Shown here: positions 11,601 through 24,411 of the stretch, in pieces
Numbering within the stretch: the first letter of the stretch is position 1
Layout of the letters: every line of letters begins with the position of its first letter
Source: Amphiscolops sp. MND2022
Lineage: Eukaryota
Assembly (NCBI GenBank): GCA_964187785.1
Contig: OZ076409.1
Span: forward strand, 30,568,001 to 30,632,000
Length of the DNA stretch: 64,000 nt
Direction of reading: 5' to 3'
Made by a program: the position numbers and the translations under genes
The notes under the pieces: model-generated
The model's input: only the letters and a program-made list of their open reading frames with translations
What the model was told of the DNA's origin: nothing
Database searches by the model: none

Positions 11601-13550
11601 CAGTGAAAACGAGATCAAGTTTCGAAGGTTTTCTTTTTTCCATTTTTCGCGATACTGGTTGCCGTCGTGACTAAGAAGTTTTGCAAACTTCACAACAACA
11701 AAGTTTATCAAAAGCACTGTGTTTCAAGCTCATACCCGAAACATGATGAGCCAAACGTTTCACATTTTTGAAATAGTTGTTACCAAGGCGATGATGCCAC
11801 AGCACCGCTTCTTCGTTCTCATCGGAAAAAAAGATCAAATGTCTTTCCTTTCATAACGTAAAGATTAGCGTGCTCTTCAAAAGGAATAGTTGCTCTTCCA
11901 TTGACAAAAATGCTCTGAGATTTTACTAAGTTCACTTGAGCCCCGTTTTGTCTCAACTTGCTAACGCTGATCAGGTTATGAGAATGATCAGGAAGAAAAA
12001 GACAGTCGGAAATTGTCACAACGTTCGATCTCCGTTGTCCAAAAGTAAAAGAAACTTTTCCAACACCCTCAACTTGCCAAAGTCCCATTCGCATTTTTTA
12101 CTTTGCGTTGTGTTTCTTCGCTGAAGTCAAAGAACAGAGAACGGTCAAATGACATATGCGGAGAAGCACAAGGGTCGATGACCAAAGTGTGCTCCTTCAC
12201 CTCGCATTTTTGGCCAGTGAGTGCGGTCTCACTACCATCGCAAAAGAAAACTAAGTCCTCAGCTAGGTTTGACTCTCCTGTCTCAGCACTTGACCTAGGG
12301 CTAAAAGAGGGCTTTTCTTGAAACATTTATTCTCTTCATGGCCAAAACGCCTGCAAAAGTTGCACTGGGTTACTCTACAAGTGGCTTGTTTATGTCCACT
12401 TTTACCGTAACGCCTACACTTCCCAGTGAACTTTTCAGGTTCACGCACGGAACTTTTCGCAACAGTTCCTTTGGATAACAAAGCAACATTTTCTTTCCTA
12501 GCTTTCGCAGTATGTAGGTTACGAGAACTTTCGAAATTTTTCAATGCTTTCTTTACTTCCGCAAAAAACGCCCTATTTTTCGAAAAATCGTGCAGTTTTG
12601 AAGTAGTCTTTTTCTGAAGGCAAGCCCTTAAGAACTATCGAAGTTAACATGTTTTCAGAAATTTTCTCACCAGCGAGCTCCAACTGCCTACTCACATACT
12701 CCGCTCGAGTCAGGTAGTCAACCATGCTCTCCGTTTGCTCCAATCGCAGGGTTGTGAACTTCTCCAATAGGTTTACCAACCTCTGTGTTTCGGTGCTGTT
12801 GAAGTGGTCCCGCAGTTGTTGCCATGCCTTCGGACCATCACCCTTGCAGTCGTTGGTCAGCATCAGGATACTGTGGCTGTCGATACACTGTACCAAGACA
12901 CGAAATACTAAGTACCCAATATCGTGCCCAGATTTCGTACTTCGTCATTCGTGCCAGCATCTATTCCATTCAGCACGTTCAGCAGCTTCTTCGTCAAACA
13001 GAACCCCTCGAATCGCTCCTGTCACACAGCTAAGTCTTCTTCTTTGCTAGAGAACTGGAGATACTGCAAAGGTCGATCCATCCCTCACAAACTCCAACAA
13101 AAGCCCGAAACAGGCAGAAGGAAGTAACTGAAACAAAAATGGGGGCAGCAAAACAGGAATTCCCACGAAGAGAAGCTACAAAGTTAACGGAAGCGAAACG
13201 GCGGTAACGGGCGGCATAAATAGCAAAAATTGTGGATATCCGAGACGCAAAAAGCAAAAATGGAGAGCGAAAATTAAGATCAGATGAGCCTAGTGAGAGT
13301 AAGCAGAAAAAGTTTTTTTTAAAAAAAGAAAAACTAACCAAAATGCTGGGCCCATAACCTATTGGGGCCTGAGCTCCTTCTGGTTGTAGCTGGGTTGTCG
13401 GATTGATGAAGATTGGTGATTGTCAATACTTTATACTTTGAGATGTATGTTTTGTTTACAAACAACAATAATGAACTAAATTAGTTCAGTCTGGTATAGT
13501 CTGAGTTGGTTGACCTTTAATGGTCCTCTGACCTTCATCGGTCTCTAACA
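8681..13550 (-). mobile_element. Full-length decayed Ty1/Copia LTR retrotransposon
   Basis: LTRs 13360-13550 and 8681-8911; 5-bp TSD TAGTT (8676-8680, 13551-13555); PBS 13344-13359; PPT 8912-8920. Domain order is gag 12896-12263 (knuckle CNFCRRFGHEENKC), protease, integrase 11800-11000 (LWHHRLG, IRSDNG), RT 10588-9713 (FKARFVAQGFSQ, QLDVRSAFLN, LYGLKQA, WVDD), RNase H ~9590-9200. Confidence 0.95.
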
Positions 13551-14149
13551 TAGTTGTTTACTCAAACTGATTTGGAGATCTTCAATGGAATTGTACAGTG
13601 AACTGGCATCAATGATTTTGAGAATGCTAACCTTGAAATGTCTTCTGGTCTGGACACCGATTGTATTTCCTGCGGATCAACACACCTTTCAATGAAATCT
13701 AGTATTCACGAGAACGCGCACACCAAAGGGACATCGACATCTACAATAGAGCAAATATCAATTACAGCAATAATAAATACATTCAAATCAGCGTATAAAT
13801 CACATCGGGGTACTGCTCCAACTAAAACGCAATGGGGACTATTCAATTCGTCGAACATTCAATTTGTCGAACACGTAATAATTTAGCGAGCATGGTATGA
13901 CATAATGGAATGAACTGATTTCGGCCAACCAAATTCGGACATTCAAAATTACGATAACGTAGTCAGCTAGGTTCACATACTCCTAGTGCCCTAAATGCAG
14001 GAGCGGAGCGACGTGCCATTTGGCCATGCCTCAATATTGCTACTTGGCGAAGGGAGCGAAGCTTATGGAATTCTTTTGACGCATTGACTAGTTTTTTATT
14101 TTTCAAGGACTTGAATGGTCAACGAATTGAAGTTGCACCAAACGCAATA

Positions 14150-14460
14150 TATGCACCAAACTGCGACTTTATCCCATCTACGTTCTACCGGTCGCTCTCT
14201 ATGGGTGTCAGGTGCTGCCCTACTGTGTTATGATATCAGCAGTCTGAATAAGCTTGATAGACTACAATCTAGGGCCACACAGTGGATGCTTCCAAATGAA
14301 AAATGTTATATGAAACGCCTACCACACCTTAATCTCCTTCCAGTATCATCGAGGCTTCAACTCAATGATTTTTTTTTCAACAATATCTTGAATGGGAAAT
14401 AAAGCTGTAAAATACGACTAAGTAATCAGAGAATCCATTTTCCTTCCGTGTCACCTCTTC
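14150..14460 (+). mobile_element. CR1/L2-like LINE ORF2 C-terminal remnant (probable continuation of 1320-1935)
   Basis: YVLPVALYG and LNKLDRLQSRATQWML...Y.KRL..LNLLP motifs typical of the post-RT region. Confidence 0.6.
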
Positions 14461-14856
14461 GGCAAATAGAATTCACAAGACCTCCAATTGCTTACTGTTC
14501 GACCGTCCTCATTATTTCAAATTTTCACTTGGAATCCTATGAATCTTTTGGCTGCAATGGATTTTTCATTTGCCTCTGCATCACCTGGAACATGCTTCAT
14601 CTTTAACCTATGCTTTATTGTTTTTTTAAAAATTTGTACTTTTACCCAAATGTATCTCATTAATCTTAAAGATTCATTCTTTTCACTACTACTACCCAGT
14701 AAGATTGAAAGAAGCTTGATGAATAATCACTACTAAAAACTTTCAAATCGCTCTCAAATAGTTCCGACGTCTTTTGCGTCACGAGCGGTGATCGTTGAAA
14801 TTTAATATTTCAATCAAATGACACTCAATCAAATCAAATTTTCATTTCAGAGGGTA

Positions 14857-15096
14857 ATGGGAGATGCGGGCTTTTTCAGAGGTACGAACTCAGACCAGGA
14901 CAGTCGGTTCGCCAACAAGCAGTCCAAACTCAAGTCGCAGCTCCGTTTCGACAAGTGCCTCGAGCGCAAGGTTGACATGAATAAGGTCAATGTAGACTTT
15001 CTGAAACCCTGGATCACCAAACGTTGCTCAGAGATACTCGGATTCGACGATGACGTCGTCATTGATTTTGTTTTCAACATGCTGGACTCCGACAAA
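14857..15096 (+). CDS. SRRM1: Serine/arginine repetitive matrix protein 1-like, exon 1 (PWI domain)
   Basis: MGDAGFFRGTNSDQDSRFANK...KVDMNKVNVDFLKPWITKR..EILGFDDDVVIDFVFNML. Donor AAA|GTCAGT, phase 0. Confidence 0.95.
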
Positions 15097-18000
15097 GTCA
15101 GTTCAACATTCACTGCAAAATCAAAAAGTCTCTTCAAAAGTAGATCTTTTGGCGTGTGTTTTCATCGGGAGAATGAATAGTCGGTTTGAACTCATGGCGG
15201 TATCCCACTTTCGGCTTTAATGTTTCAAAATTTTCAATAACTTGATGGGGGTCATTTTGGACAATAATAGATTCTTCCTTTTCCTAATTGTAACCGAAGA
15301 AGCACTTGTTGCATGCGTTGAATACTTAAAACGGGTATTTGATGAATTATTTTTGAAAAATATTGCAAATTGGCATTCAGCGTGCAGCTGGAGAAAGAAA
15401 TCCAGTTGAAACACCTGTCAATTGGCATCCCTGGGTTTTTCACCATTCTAGGACTTAGTTTTTTTGTAGAAAGAGCAGACTATAGTAGTGGCTTTTCTAT
15501 TGTTATGCATCACATACAAAAGCATTTGTGAATTCAAATTTTCTAATAATCATTCCATTGAGTTTTATATAGCACTAATTAAAGACACGTGCTATTCATT
15601 GACATTATTATCTTGTTCACGTATTTATTATATTTACTTTTTTTTCTTCTCCACACTGTATAGTTGCTGCCAATCTACAAAACCAAAGTCAATTGACAAA
15701 AAACACTTTTGCTCTTCGAAAATCATCATAGTTGAAACATTTATTGGTGCATAGCGATCCGGGAACAATCAGAAATGTCTTTGTACGATGGAAAAACACT
15801 TCCACAACTCAAGCGATCTCGTTCTGCAATCACAGGATTGATAACTAAGACGCTAACCATAACACAACCAATCATGAACAAAGATAAAAACGAAGTGACA
15901 AACCAAGAAATAGCCGATTTGGAAGTCAGGCAATCCTTGTTTGAGAAAAAACTAAGCGAAGGTGAATTTCTGAATGCAGTAATTCTGGAGCAGATCCCTG
16001 ATACAGACGAAGAGGTACAAGACGAGTTCATCACTGCTTAGATATCACTTGAGCTTGGAAAAATAGTCAAATTTCTGGAACAATTCAACAATTCTGGTCT
16101 GAGTCTTGAAAATGCTAATTCTGCAATGGTGAGCAATTCTTCTAGTAACCTCAAGATGCCAAAATTCAATCTGCCAAGTTTTGATGGAGAATATCAGAAT
16201 TGGACGCCATTTTTTGAACAATTCATGGCATCTGTAGACGGTTCCACAACATTACCGGATATACAGAAATTCAACTATCTCAAGTCCTCTCTCGTGGGCG
16301 AAGCTTCCCAACTCATTTTGTATTTACGTTTTTAAACACAAACTAAAAATAGCTTTGAAAATTTTGATCGATTATGACAACCAAAGACTCATAGTGAATA
16401 CTCATTTGTCAGCAATTTTCAATTTGAAACCACTCCAAGGCGAATCAGCGTCAGGATTGCGGAAACTCATTGTCGCAATCGAAGAGACAGTTCGAGTTAG
16501 ATCATCCGGGAAAAGATCTACAGACATTGCAGCAACTAACAGATTTCATCAATCGACGAGTTCGGGCATTAGAGGTCTCGGATCTTCGTACTTATAGACC
16601 AAAAAATGACAAGGCGAATGCTAATACAGGGCGCATTCCTCCAAAGCAGAATTTCCAGAATCCAATTCCGCAAAACTACAAAGCTACAGTTGAGAAATGC
16701 TGCGTATGTTCGGCAGATCACAAAACTTTCAATTGACAAATTTAGAGCATTAGATTTCAAAGCCAAGAAGACACTTGTTTTCAATTCCAAATTGTGTTTC
16801 CATTGTCTCCAGGCAGGACATCTAACAAAGGACTGCAAATCCAAAAGTACATGCAAAGTTTGTAATGCCAAGCACAATTCATTACTTCACAATGAGAATG
16901 CTACTACTCGCAGTGAAAGTACCCTACAGTCGTCTCTGGACAAGCACTCACACCTTCTAACATAGGCATTTTGCCAACAGCGCTAATGTCTATTGAAGAT
17001 GATTCGAGCCAAATCATCAAACGCCGTGCACTCTTGGACAGTGGCTCACAGATGAGTCTTATCTGAAGAAGCAGTTCAACGCATGAAGTTGAAACGTCAT
17101 AAACATTCACTCACTGTGAACGGAATTGGAAACGTTCAGAGGACCTACAATTCCGGAAGGGTTCAGTTAAGATTGAGATCGAACGCAGGGAAAATGCTTG
17201 AAGTCCAAGCGTTATCCCTCCAAATCTCACAGCGAAGCTCTTTGACCCCATTGGTTGGTTTGGACCGATCATAGTACAATTCAAAATTTTGCTACGAGAG
17301 CTTTGGGTTCTTGGAATCAAATGGGATGAAATTTTGCCACCGGAGATTCAAGAGCAATGGAATCAGATGCGAGCAGACCTAAGATCTCTGCAGGACTTCA
17401 CATTGCAGCGATGCATCATTCCTTCAGGTAAAATTCGAACGGTCCAACTGCATTTGTTTACAGATGCATCCGAAAAAGCTTATGCCGCGGTAATCTTTGC
17501 ACGAATGACCGACACTAATGGTTTCGTGTGTGTCAACCTCATAGCTGGAAAAAAACGAGTGGCGCCGATGAAAACAGTATCGTTGCTGCGTTTGGAATTG
17601 TGTGGTGCTCATCTCGGAGTGAAACTAATTGTAAAAATCAAGAAGTTCTCGCAACGAATCTACCGCAACAAAAAATTTCGGATGGACCGACTCTACTATT
17701 GTCCTTCACTGGCTAGCCCAACTTCCACGAACTTGGACAACCTTCGTAGCGAATCGTGTGGCTGAAATTCAAGGATTTTCACGTTTTCAAGGAAGAATCC
17801 AATTGGAATCACGTCTCTTCAACAAACAACCCTGCTGATTGCTCTTCACGTGGAGCAACACTGGAATTGCTTCAATCTTCATGTCTTTGGTGGAATGGAC
17901 CCTAATGGCTACAACAATCACAAGATTTGTGGCCAAAACTAAGTCTTCAAGTTGAATCAATTCAAGCCAGGGGTCAAAATTCAAAAGAAACACCACAATC

Positions 18001-18655
18001 CCTTTCTCTCGCAGTCACACAATCAACTGCTTTTTCGGCACGATCAATATTCAAGCTTTTCCAAATTCTTTCGTGTAGCTGCAACAGTCCTACTCGCTGT
18101 AGACAAGTTCAGAGGAATCAACAGTTCTTCAGTCATAACTTCAAATGACCTAGCATCCGCAAAATTGAGAATACTTCAGGAACACCAAATTGAAAACTAT
18201 GCAGTTGACTATCAGACATTAAAATTCGCCAAAGAACTGTCAAAGCAGAGCAGGATTCTCAACCTTATTCCATTCTTCGATGACGAAAGCGAGACCATTC
18301 GAGTGGGTGGACGATTAACTCAGGGTCAATTCAGAGAGTTCAAAAAGTTTCCATTGCTCGTCAGTCAAGATTCGTTACTGGCAGTTCTCATACTTCATCA
18401 CTTTCTTGAAGCTACGCCTCATGGCGGGGCGGAGCCGACTGTGAACTCCAGTCGCGAAGAATTTTGGATTCTAAATACCAAATTTTGGTGAAAATGATCA
18501 AACAATGCATCAAATGTCGTTTCGAGAATAAAATACCATATCAATTAATGGCTGATTTACCAGCTGAACGGATAACGCCTGCAAAACCATTCGAGACATG
18601 TGGCTTGGATTTGGCAGGACCAATTTACACTAAACCAGGAGTGAAAACGTACATC

Positions 18656-21600
18656 GCCATTTTCGTTTGCTTCGTGATTAAAGCTGTCCACATTGAATTG
18701 GTAACAGATCTAACGAAGGAGTCATGCATTTTAGCCATCAAACGATTCATTTCCAGACGCGGTCTACCCAGAAAAATTCCAGCGACAACGGAAAGAATTT
18801 CATTGGGGCTAGGAATGACATCATCAAAGGGCAAGAGATTTTTGCCCTGGAAAAGAACAGCAATTCAATCGGAAGTTTCATATCCCAAGAAATGATTGAA
18901 TGGAAAATGATTCCTCCAAGGTCACCGCATTTTGGAGGATTATGGGAAGCGGCAGTGAAAAGCATGAAGCGTCATTAGCGCAGAACCGTTGGTGTTCAAA
19001 TCCTTTCATTCGAAGAACTCAACACTAGTAATTCAAATAGAAGCAATTCTGAATTCTCGACCATCGTCAGCAATGTCCAGCGGCCCGAATGACCTTCAGC
19101 CAATTACTCCAGCTCATTTTCTTTTGGGAAAATCTGCGAAAGATCTGCCTACGGCCCGTCAATCTGATGACAAAGTTGGTCTCAGTTAAACTAATTGAAG
19201 GATCGAAAAGGTCATTTTGGAAGGCATGGTATCGTGATTATCTAGTGACTCTGCAAATACGCAAACGATGGCTTCAATCTGGTCCTAATTTCCAACTGGG
19301 TGACCTGGTTTTGGTATCAGAGGACAACATGCCGCCTTTGCGGTGGAAAATGGATAGAGTCGAGCAGTTGGACTCTGGAAACGACGATATAAATAGAGTT
19401 GCGAAACTAAGAACATCATCTGGTCATATCATACGTCGCATAGTAAAGCTCAAAGCTTCCTGTCGATTCAAGCGCCGAATAACCAACCAAACCCTCTACC
19501 AGCAGCAAGTTCCATATCATCATATATTTCCCAGATTGATGTCTCCAAGGAGTCGATTTTTTACTTCTCGATTTCACGCTAGTTACTCGAAAGCTATGAA
19601 ATTGCGCGTGCATATACCTGGTATGATCTTACATCATTTTCGTTCGCTTCGTGATTAAAGCTGTCCACATTGAATTGGTAACAGATCTAACGAAGGAGTC
19701 ATGCATTTTCGCCATCAAAGGATTCATTTCCAGACGCGGTCTACCCAGAACAATTCTCAGCGACAACGGAAAGAATTTCATTGGGGCTAGGAATGACATC
19801 ATCAAAGTGCAAGAGACTCTCGCCCTGGAAAAGAACAGCAATTCAATCGGAAGTTTCATATCCCAAGAAATGATTGAATGGGAAATGATTCCTCCAAGGT
19901 CACCGCGTTTTGGAGGATTATGGGAAGCGGCAGTGAAAAGCATGAAGCGTCATTAGCGCAGAACCGTTGGTGTTCAAATCCTTTCTTTCGAAGAACTCAA
20001 CACTAGTAATTCAAATAGAAGCAATTCTGAATTCTTGACCACCGTTTGCAATGTCCAGCGGCCCGAATGACCTTCAGCCAATTACTCCAGCTCATTTTCT
20101 TCTGGGAAAATCTGCGAAAGATCTGCCTACGGCCCGTCAACCTGATGACAAAGTGATCTCGGACAAACTACTTGAAGGATCGAAAAGGTCATTTTGGAAG
20201 GCATGGTATCGTGATTATCTAGTGACTCTGCAAATACGCAAACGATGGCTTCAATCTGGTCCTAATTTCCAACTGGGTGACCTGGTTTTGGTACCAGAGG
20301 ACAACATGCCGCCTTTGCGGTGGAAAATGGACAGAGTCGAGCAGTTGGACTCTGGAAACGACGATATAAATAGAGTTGCGAAACTAAGAACATCATCTGG
20401 TCATATCATACGTCGCATAGTAAAGCTCAAAGCTTCCTGTCGATTCAAGCGCCGAATAACCAACCAAACCCCCTACCAGCAGCAAGTTCCATATCATCAT
20501 ATATTTCCCAGATTGATGTCTCCAAGGAGTCGATTTTTTACTTCTCGATTTCACGCTAGTTACTCGAAAGCTATGAAATTGCGCGTGCATATACCTGGTA
20601 TGATCTTACATCATTTTCGTTCGCTTCGTGATTAAAGCTGTCCACATTGAATTGATAACAGATCTAACGAAGGAGTCATGCATTTTCGCCATCAAAGGAT
20701 TCATTTCCAGACGCGGTCTACCCAGAACATTTCTCAGCGACAACGGAAAGAATTTCATTGGGGCTAGTAATGACATCATCAAAGTGCAAGAGATTCTCGC
20801 CCTGGAAAAGAACAGCAATTCAATCGGAAGTTTCATATCCCAAGAAATGATTGAATGGGAAATGATTCCTCCAAGGTCACCGCATTTTGGAGGATTATGG
20901 GAAGCGGCAGTGAAAAGCATGAAGCGTCATTAGCGCAGAACCGTTGGTGTTCAAATCCTTTCTTTCGAAGAACTCAACACTAGTAATTCAAATAGAAGCA
21001 ATTCTGAATTCTTGACCACCGTTTGCAATGTCCAGCGGCCCGAATGACCTTCAGCCAATTACTCCAGCTCATTTTCTTCTGGGAAAATCTGCGAAAGATC
21101 TGCCTACGGCCCGTCAACCTGATGACAAAGTGATCTCGGACAAACTACTTGAAGGATCGAAAAGGTCATTTTGGAAGGCTTGGTATCGTGATTATCAAGT
21201 GACCCTGTAAATATGCAAACGATGGCTTCAATCTGGTCCTAATTTCCAACTGTGTGACCTGGTTTTGGTACCAGAGGACAACATGCCGCCTTTGCGGTGG
21301 AAAATGGCTAGAATCGAGCAGTTGGACTCTGGAAACGACGATAGAGTTGCGAATTTAAGAACATCATCTGGTCATATCATACGTCGCATGGTAAAGCTCA
21401 GAAAGCTTCCTGTAGATGCATCGCAGCCGATTCAAGCGCCGAATAACCTACCAAACCCCCTACCAGCAGTAAGTTCCAATTCATCATGAGTTTCCCAGAT
21501 CGTTGTCTACAAGGAGTCGATTTTTTACTTCTCGATTTCACGCTAGTTACTCGAAAGCTATGAAATTGCTCGTGCATATATCTGTTATGATCTTACATCA
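18656..21600 (+). repeat. Three tandem copies (~977 bp) of the BEL integrase core plus 3' flank
   Basis: ORF pairs are offset by 977 nt (19651/20628, 20051/21028). Junction TTACATCATTTTCGTTCGC at ~19630 and ~20607. Confidence 0.95.
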
Positions 21601-22437
21601 ATCTGTTGAAACCAATTTTTGAATTTCTAACGCTTTTCAAGAAAAATCAAAAATTTACAATTTTTCACAAATCGGAAAAGCAAGAATTGACGGAACAAAA
21701 CTCTTCTCGATTTAGATTCAACTAGCGGGTTACGCTTACGTGCATTCAATGCAGAATTGTCAGCTTCACAAAATGGTTGAGCGGGATTTTTCGATTTCGT
21801 TAGTTACTTCGAGATTTTTCAATTTTGTTATTGTTGGCACATGTCGGAAGTAAGACTATTCCTCAGTTGGCGACAAAACACTTCTCGATTTATGTTGTGT
21901 TACAATACAGCCTTTATCATGGTCTCATTCGACACCTAAAAGGCTTATCTACAAAATGTTTGAACGGGGTTTTCGGATTTTATTCAAATTTCGACATTTC
22001 AAGGACTTACCCCCTTTTGACTTACCGAAATCCTGCATGTTTTCACATTTTAATACTTCAATCGTGTATTTTCTTACCTGGATTCCTCATTCATTGCATT
22101 CAAGCACATGTCCCAGGTGATTTCCGATTTCGGAATTGAAGCCCCGAAGCAGCTTAAATTTATAATAATTACGAAAAACAATACAGAACAAAAACGAGAA
22201 ACAGAAGTGGATTTCTCACGTTTTGCGTTTATTTTCTTTGTTTATTTGAAATTCTGATGCTTTGGTTCGATCAGAACGAGCAGGCAATCCCTATCTGATC
22301 CTTTTTCAATTTTAGAAATGCAATTTATCAGCTTTTGTTACTCATTTACCGTTACTATCATCTCCGGACTTCATCATTTTACAATCTTGAGCAGAAGACT
22401 GGTTATCATTCAATAAATGACGATTATACTGATTATA

Positions 22438-23776
22438 TCACTGCTGAATGACTCTCCTCGGATAATACAAAGGAATCTTTCGCTTTTCAACGATCTTCAA
22501 TTTCATTGATTTATGATTATTAAAGTTCATCGAAGTGCTCTTTTTACAGGAAAAGGGAGGAGTAAACTGACAAAGGGACATGTTCGTCTTCCGAGTCGGG
22601 ATAAGGTAGTTCAGGAACAACTACACATGAAGAAGCCTTTGCTTGCTTAATGTTAGAGAGCCGTGACCTTTTATTGCGATATGGTTTTCGTTTACGTTTA
22701 TTACGGTTCTCAAAGCTGCATGACATGTCATATCCAACGATTTTGAGTGCTTCAAGATGATTTAATACGACACTCGAGAACCTCTGCAGAGCTGAAGACA
22801 CAGCAGAGTTTGGGGAATCAACTGATTGGACACCAGGCACAGAGCTAGAAGCGAGACTTGTTCTCCATTTTTCAAGGCTCGTTTCCGATTTCGATGCCGG
22901 ATGCGATCAATCAATTCGTCCAATCCATTCTTTTGTATCCACTCCTCTACATAGTCCTGACCTGAGCCGAAGCTAAATCTTCCAAAAACTCGACTCCCCC
23001 TTTTCAAATCGCTGATGTTAACGCCTTCCCATCCTTGCACAAGGGACCACCTTGACATTCCATCGGAGGTCAAAGAACGACCGATAAGGACGCAATGTGC
23101 AAAGAGAGGAGGCTGAATTAACACATAACCAGGTTCGGCCAAATGATAACGCAGCCCTCTACACAATTTCGTCTCGTTCCGATTGATGCTCTCAGGCCAC
23201 ATTAAAAGACGATAAATGCTGTTGAAGTCAGTAATGTTCAACACGAATTGTGAAGAGACGAGATTAGTGTAAATGATTCAAAGTTTGCGCCCGGATGCTA
23301 GTTTTGCTATACACGCGCCTCCAGCAGACTCAATATGCCCAGCAGTTAACCAATGGCCCTTCACTGCCAAAAGATCCTTGGAAGTCACAGTGATGTAGTC
23401 AGGGACAAGCGTAGTAACATCTGTCAGGATGGGCAAACGAGCAAGTCTTTTGAAGGCTTGGAAAGAACATGAACCGGACCTCCAGGCCTTTTCAACTCTT
23501 GGCGAAAAAGAACAGTTTTTTCGCAAAAGAACCACGAACAACAAGTGGCATCATCGGAAAAGATACCAACCAATTCAGCATTTGGATTACCAAAACTGGC
23601 AGTATTCCCCTCCTGCGCCACTTGAGACCGCCATTCTTTTTTGCTTCAAGGGAAATTTCTTCGACTTTCTCTTCGATTGCTACTTCCGGAAGTACCCACT
23701 CGCCTTCACTCTTCTCGGCAACTTCTCTACTGATTCCTTTCTGAAAGTATTGAAGACTATTCGGTGTATCCTTCAA
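22438..23776 (-). pseudogene. JmjC-like Fe(II)/2OG oxygenase cargo gene, antisense inside the BEL element
   Basis: One frame 23544-22762 with a single TGA at a Trp position: WLTAGHIESAGGACIAKLASGRKL*IIY...YHLAEPGYVLIQPPLFAHCVLIG. H at 23335-37, E at 23329-31, distal H at 23095-97. N- and C-terminal extensions are frameshifted. Confidence 0.7.
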
Positions 23777-23983
23777 GGCGGGTGGATTGTTGATGCATCA
23801 CATACAAAAGCATTTGTGAATTCAAAATTTCTAATTTTCATTCCATTGAGTTTTATATCGCACTAATTAAAGACACGTGCTTTTCATTGGCATTATTATC
23901 TTGTTCACGTATTTATTATATTCACTTTTTTTCTTCTCCACACTGTATAGTTGTTGCCAATCTACAAAACAATAAAAGTCAAA

Positions 23984-24411
23984 GGCTCTTTTCTGTTTTC
24001 CCCCCCCCACCACCAAAATTTTTGGAAGTAAATTTCTTTAAAAACTTTAGACTACCCTAATTAAAAGTAAAACCTTCTTTCATAATGGGAAGATAACGTC
24101 TATTGGAACGTCTAATGGATTAGTTTTTTGCTTGAACAAAACATTGTTCACGCTTTTTGGCTATAATTATGTTCGCATTAAGTGTTTATTGATTACTCAA
24201 AACAGGAAGCTGTTGATTTCTTCATCAAAAATGCGTGACTACATATTGAAAAAATGTGAACAAAGTTTGTATCTGAATCCTAAACTGTCACACTAAGAAT
24301 AAATGTAACTTTGAAGTTTTCTGATTTGTATTCAAGTCTTTTTGTTATTAGATTTTCACTAATTTTTCAAAAAATTTTCTGGTGGTGGGGGGGGGGAAAC
24401 AGAAAAGAGCC
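23984..24411. mobile_element. MITE (GG...CC termini, 8-bp TSD; Merlin- or MULE-like) inserted in the BEL 3' LTR
   Basis: TIR GGCTCTTTTCTGTTT(T)C-run-ACCACCA at both ends. TSD AAGTCAAA at 23976-23983 and 24412-24419. Confidence 0.9.

Larger units (their letters stand above)
1936..13804 (-). mobile_element. Decayed Ty3/Gypsy LTR retrotransposon with nested insertions
   Basis: Related ~145-bp direct repeats at 1936-2083 and ~13661-13804 (roughly 80% identical by eye; the 1936-2083 copy is TGT...ACA on the minus strand, preceded by PPT GAAGGGGATGA). Coding remnants: gag 7948-7540 (ERLVVAERTGFLQMSQ...YIARL.EAARYCKF), RT ~6450-6057 and 4216-3840 (IDLSFAYYQL, FQDDVLL), RNase H 3720-3420 (EQKYSNVEHEALAIVF), integrase 3393-2400. 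No TSD recognised. Confidence 0.75.
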
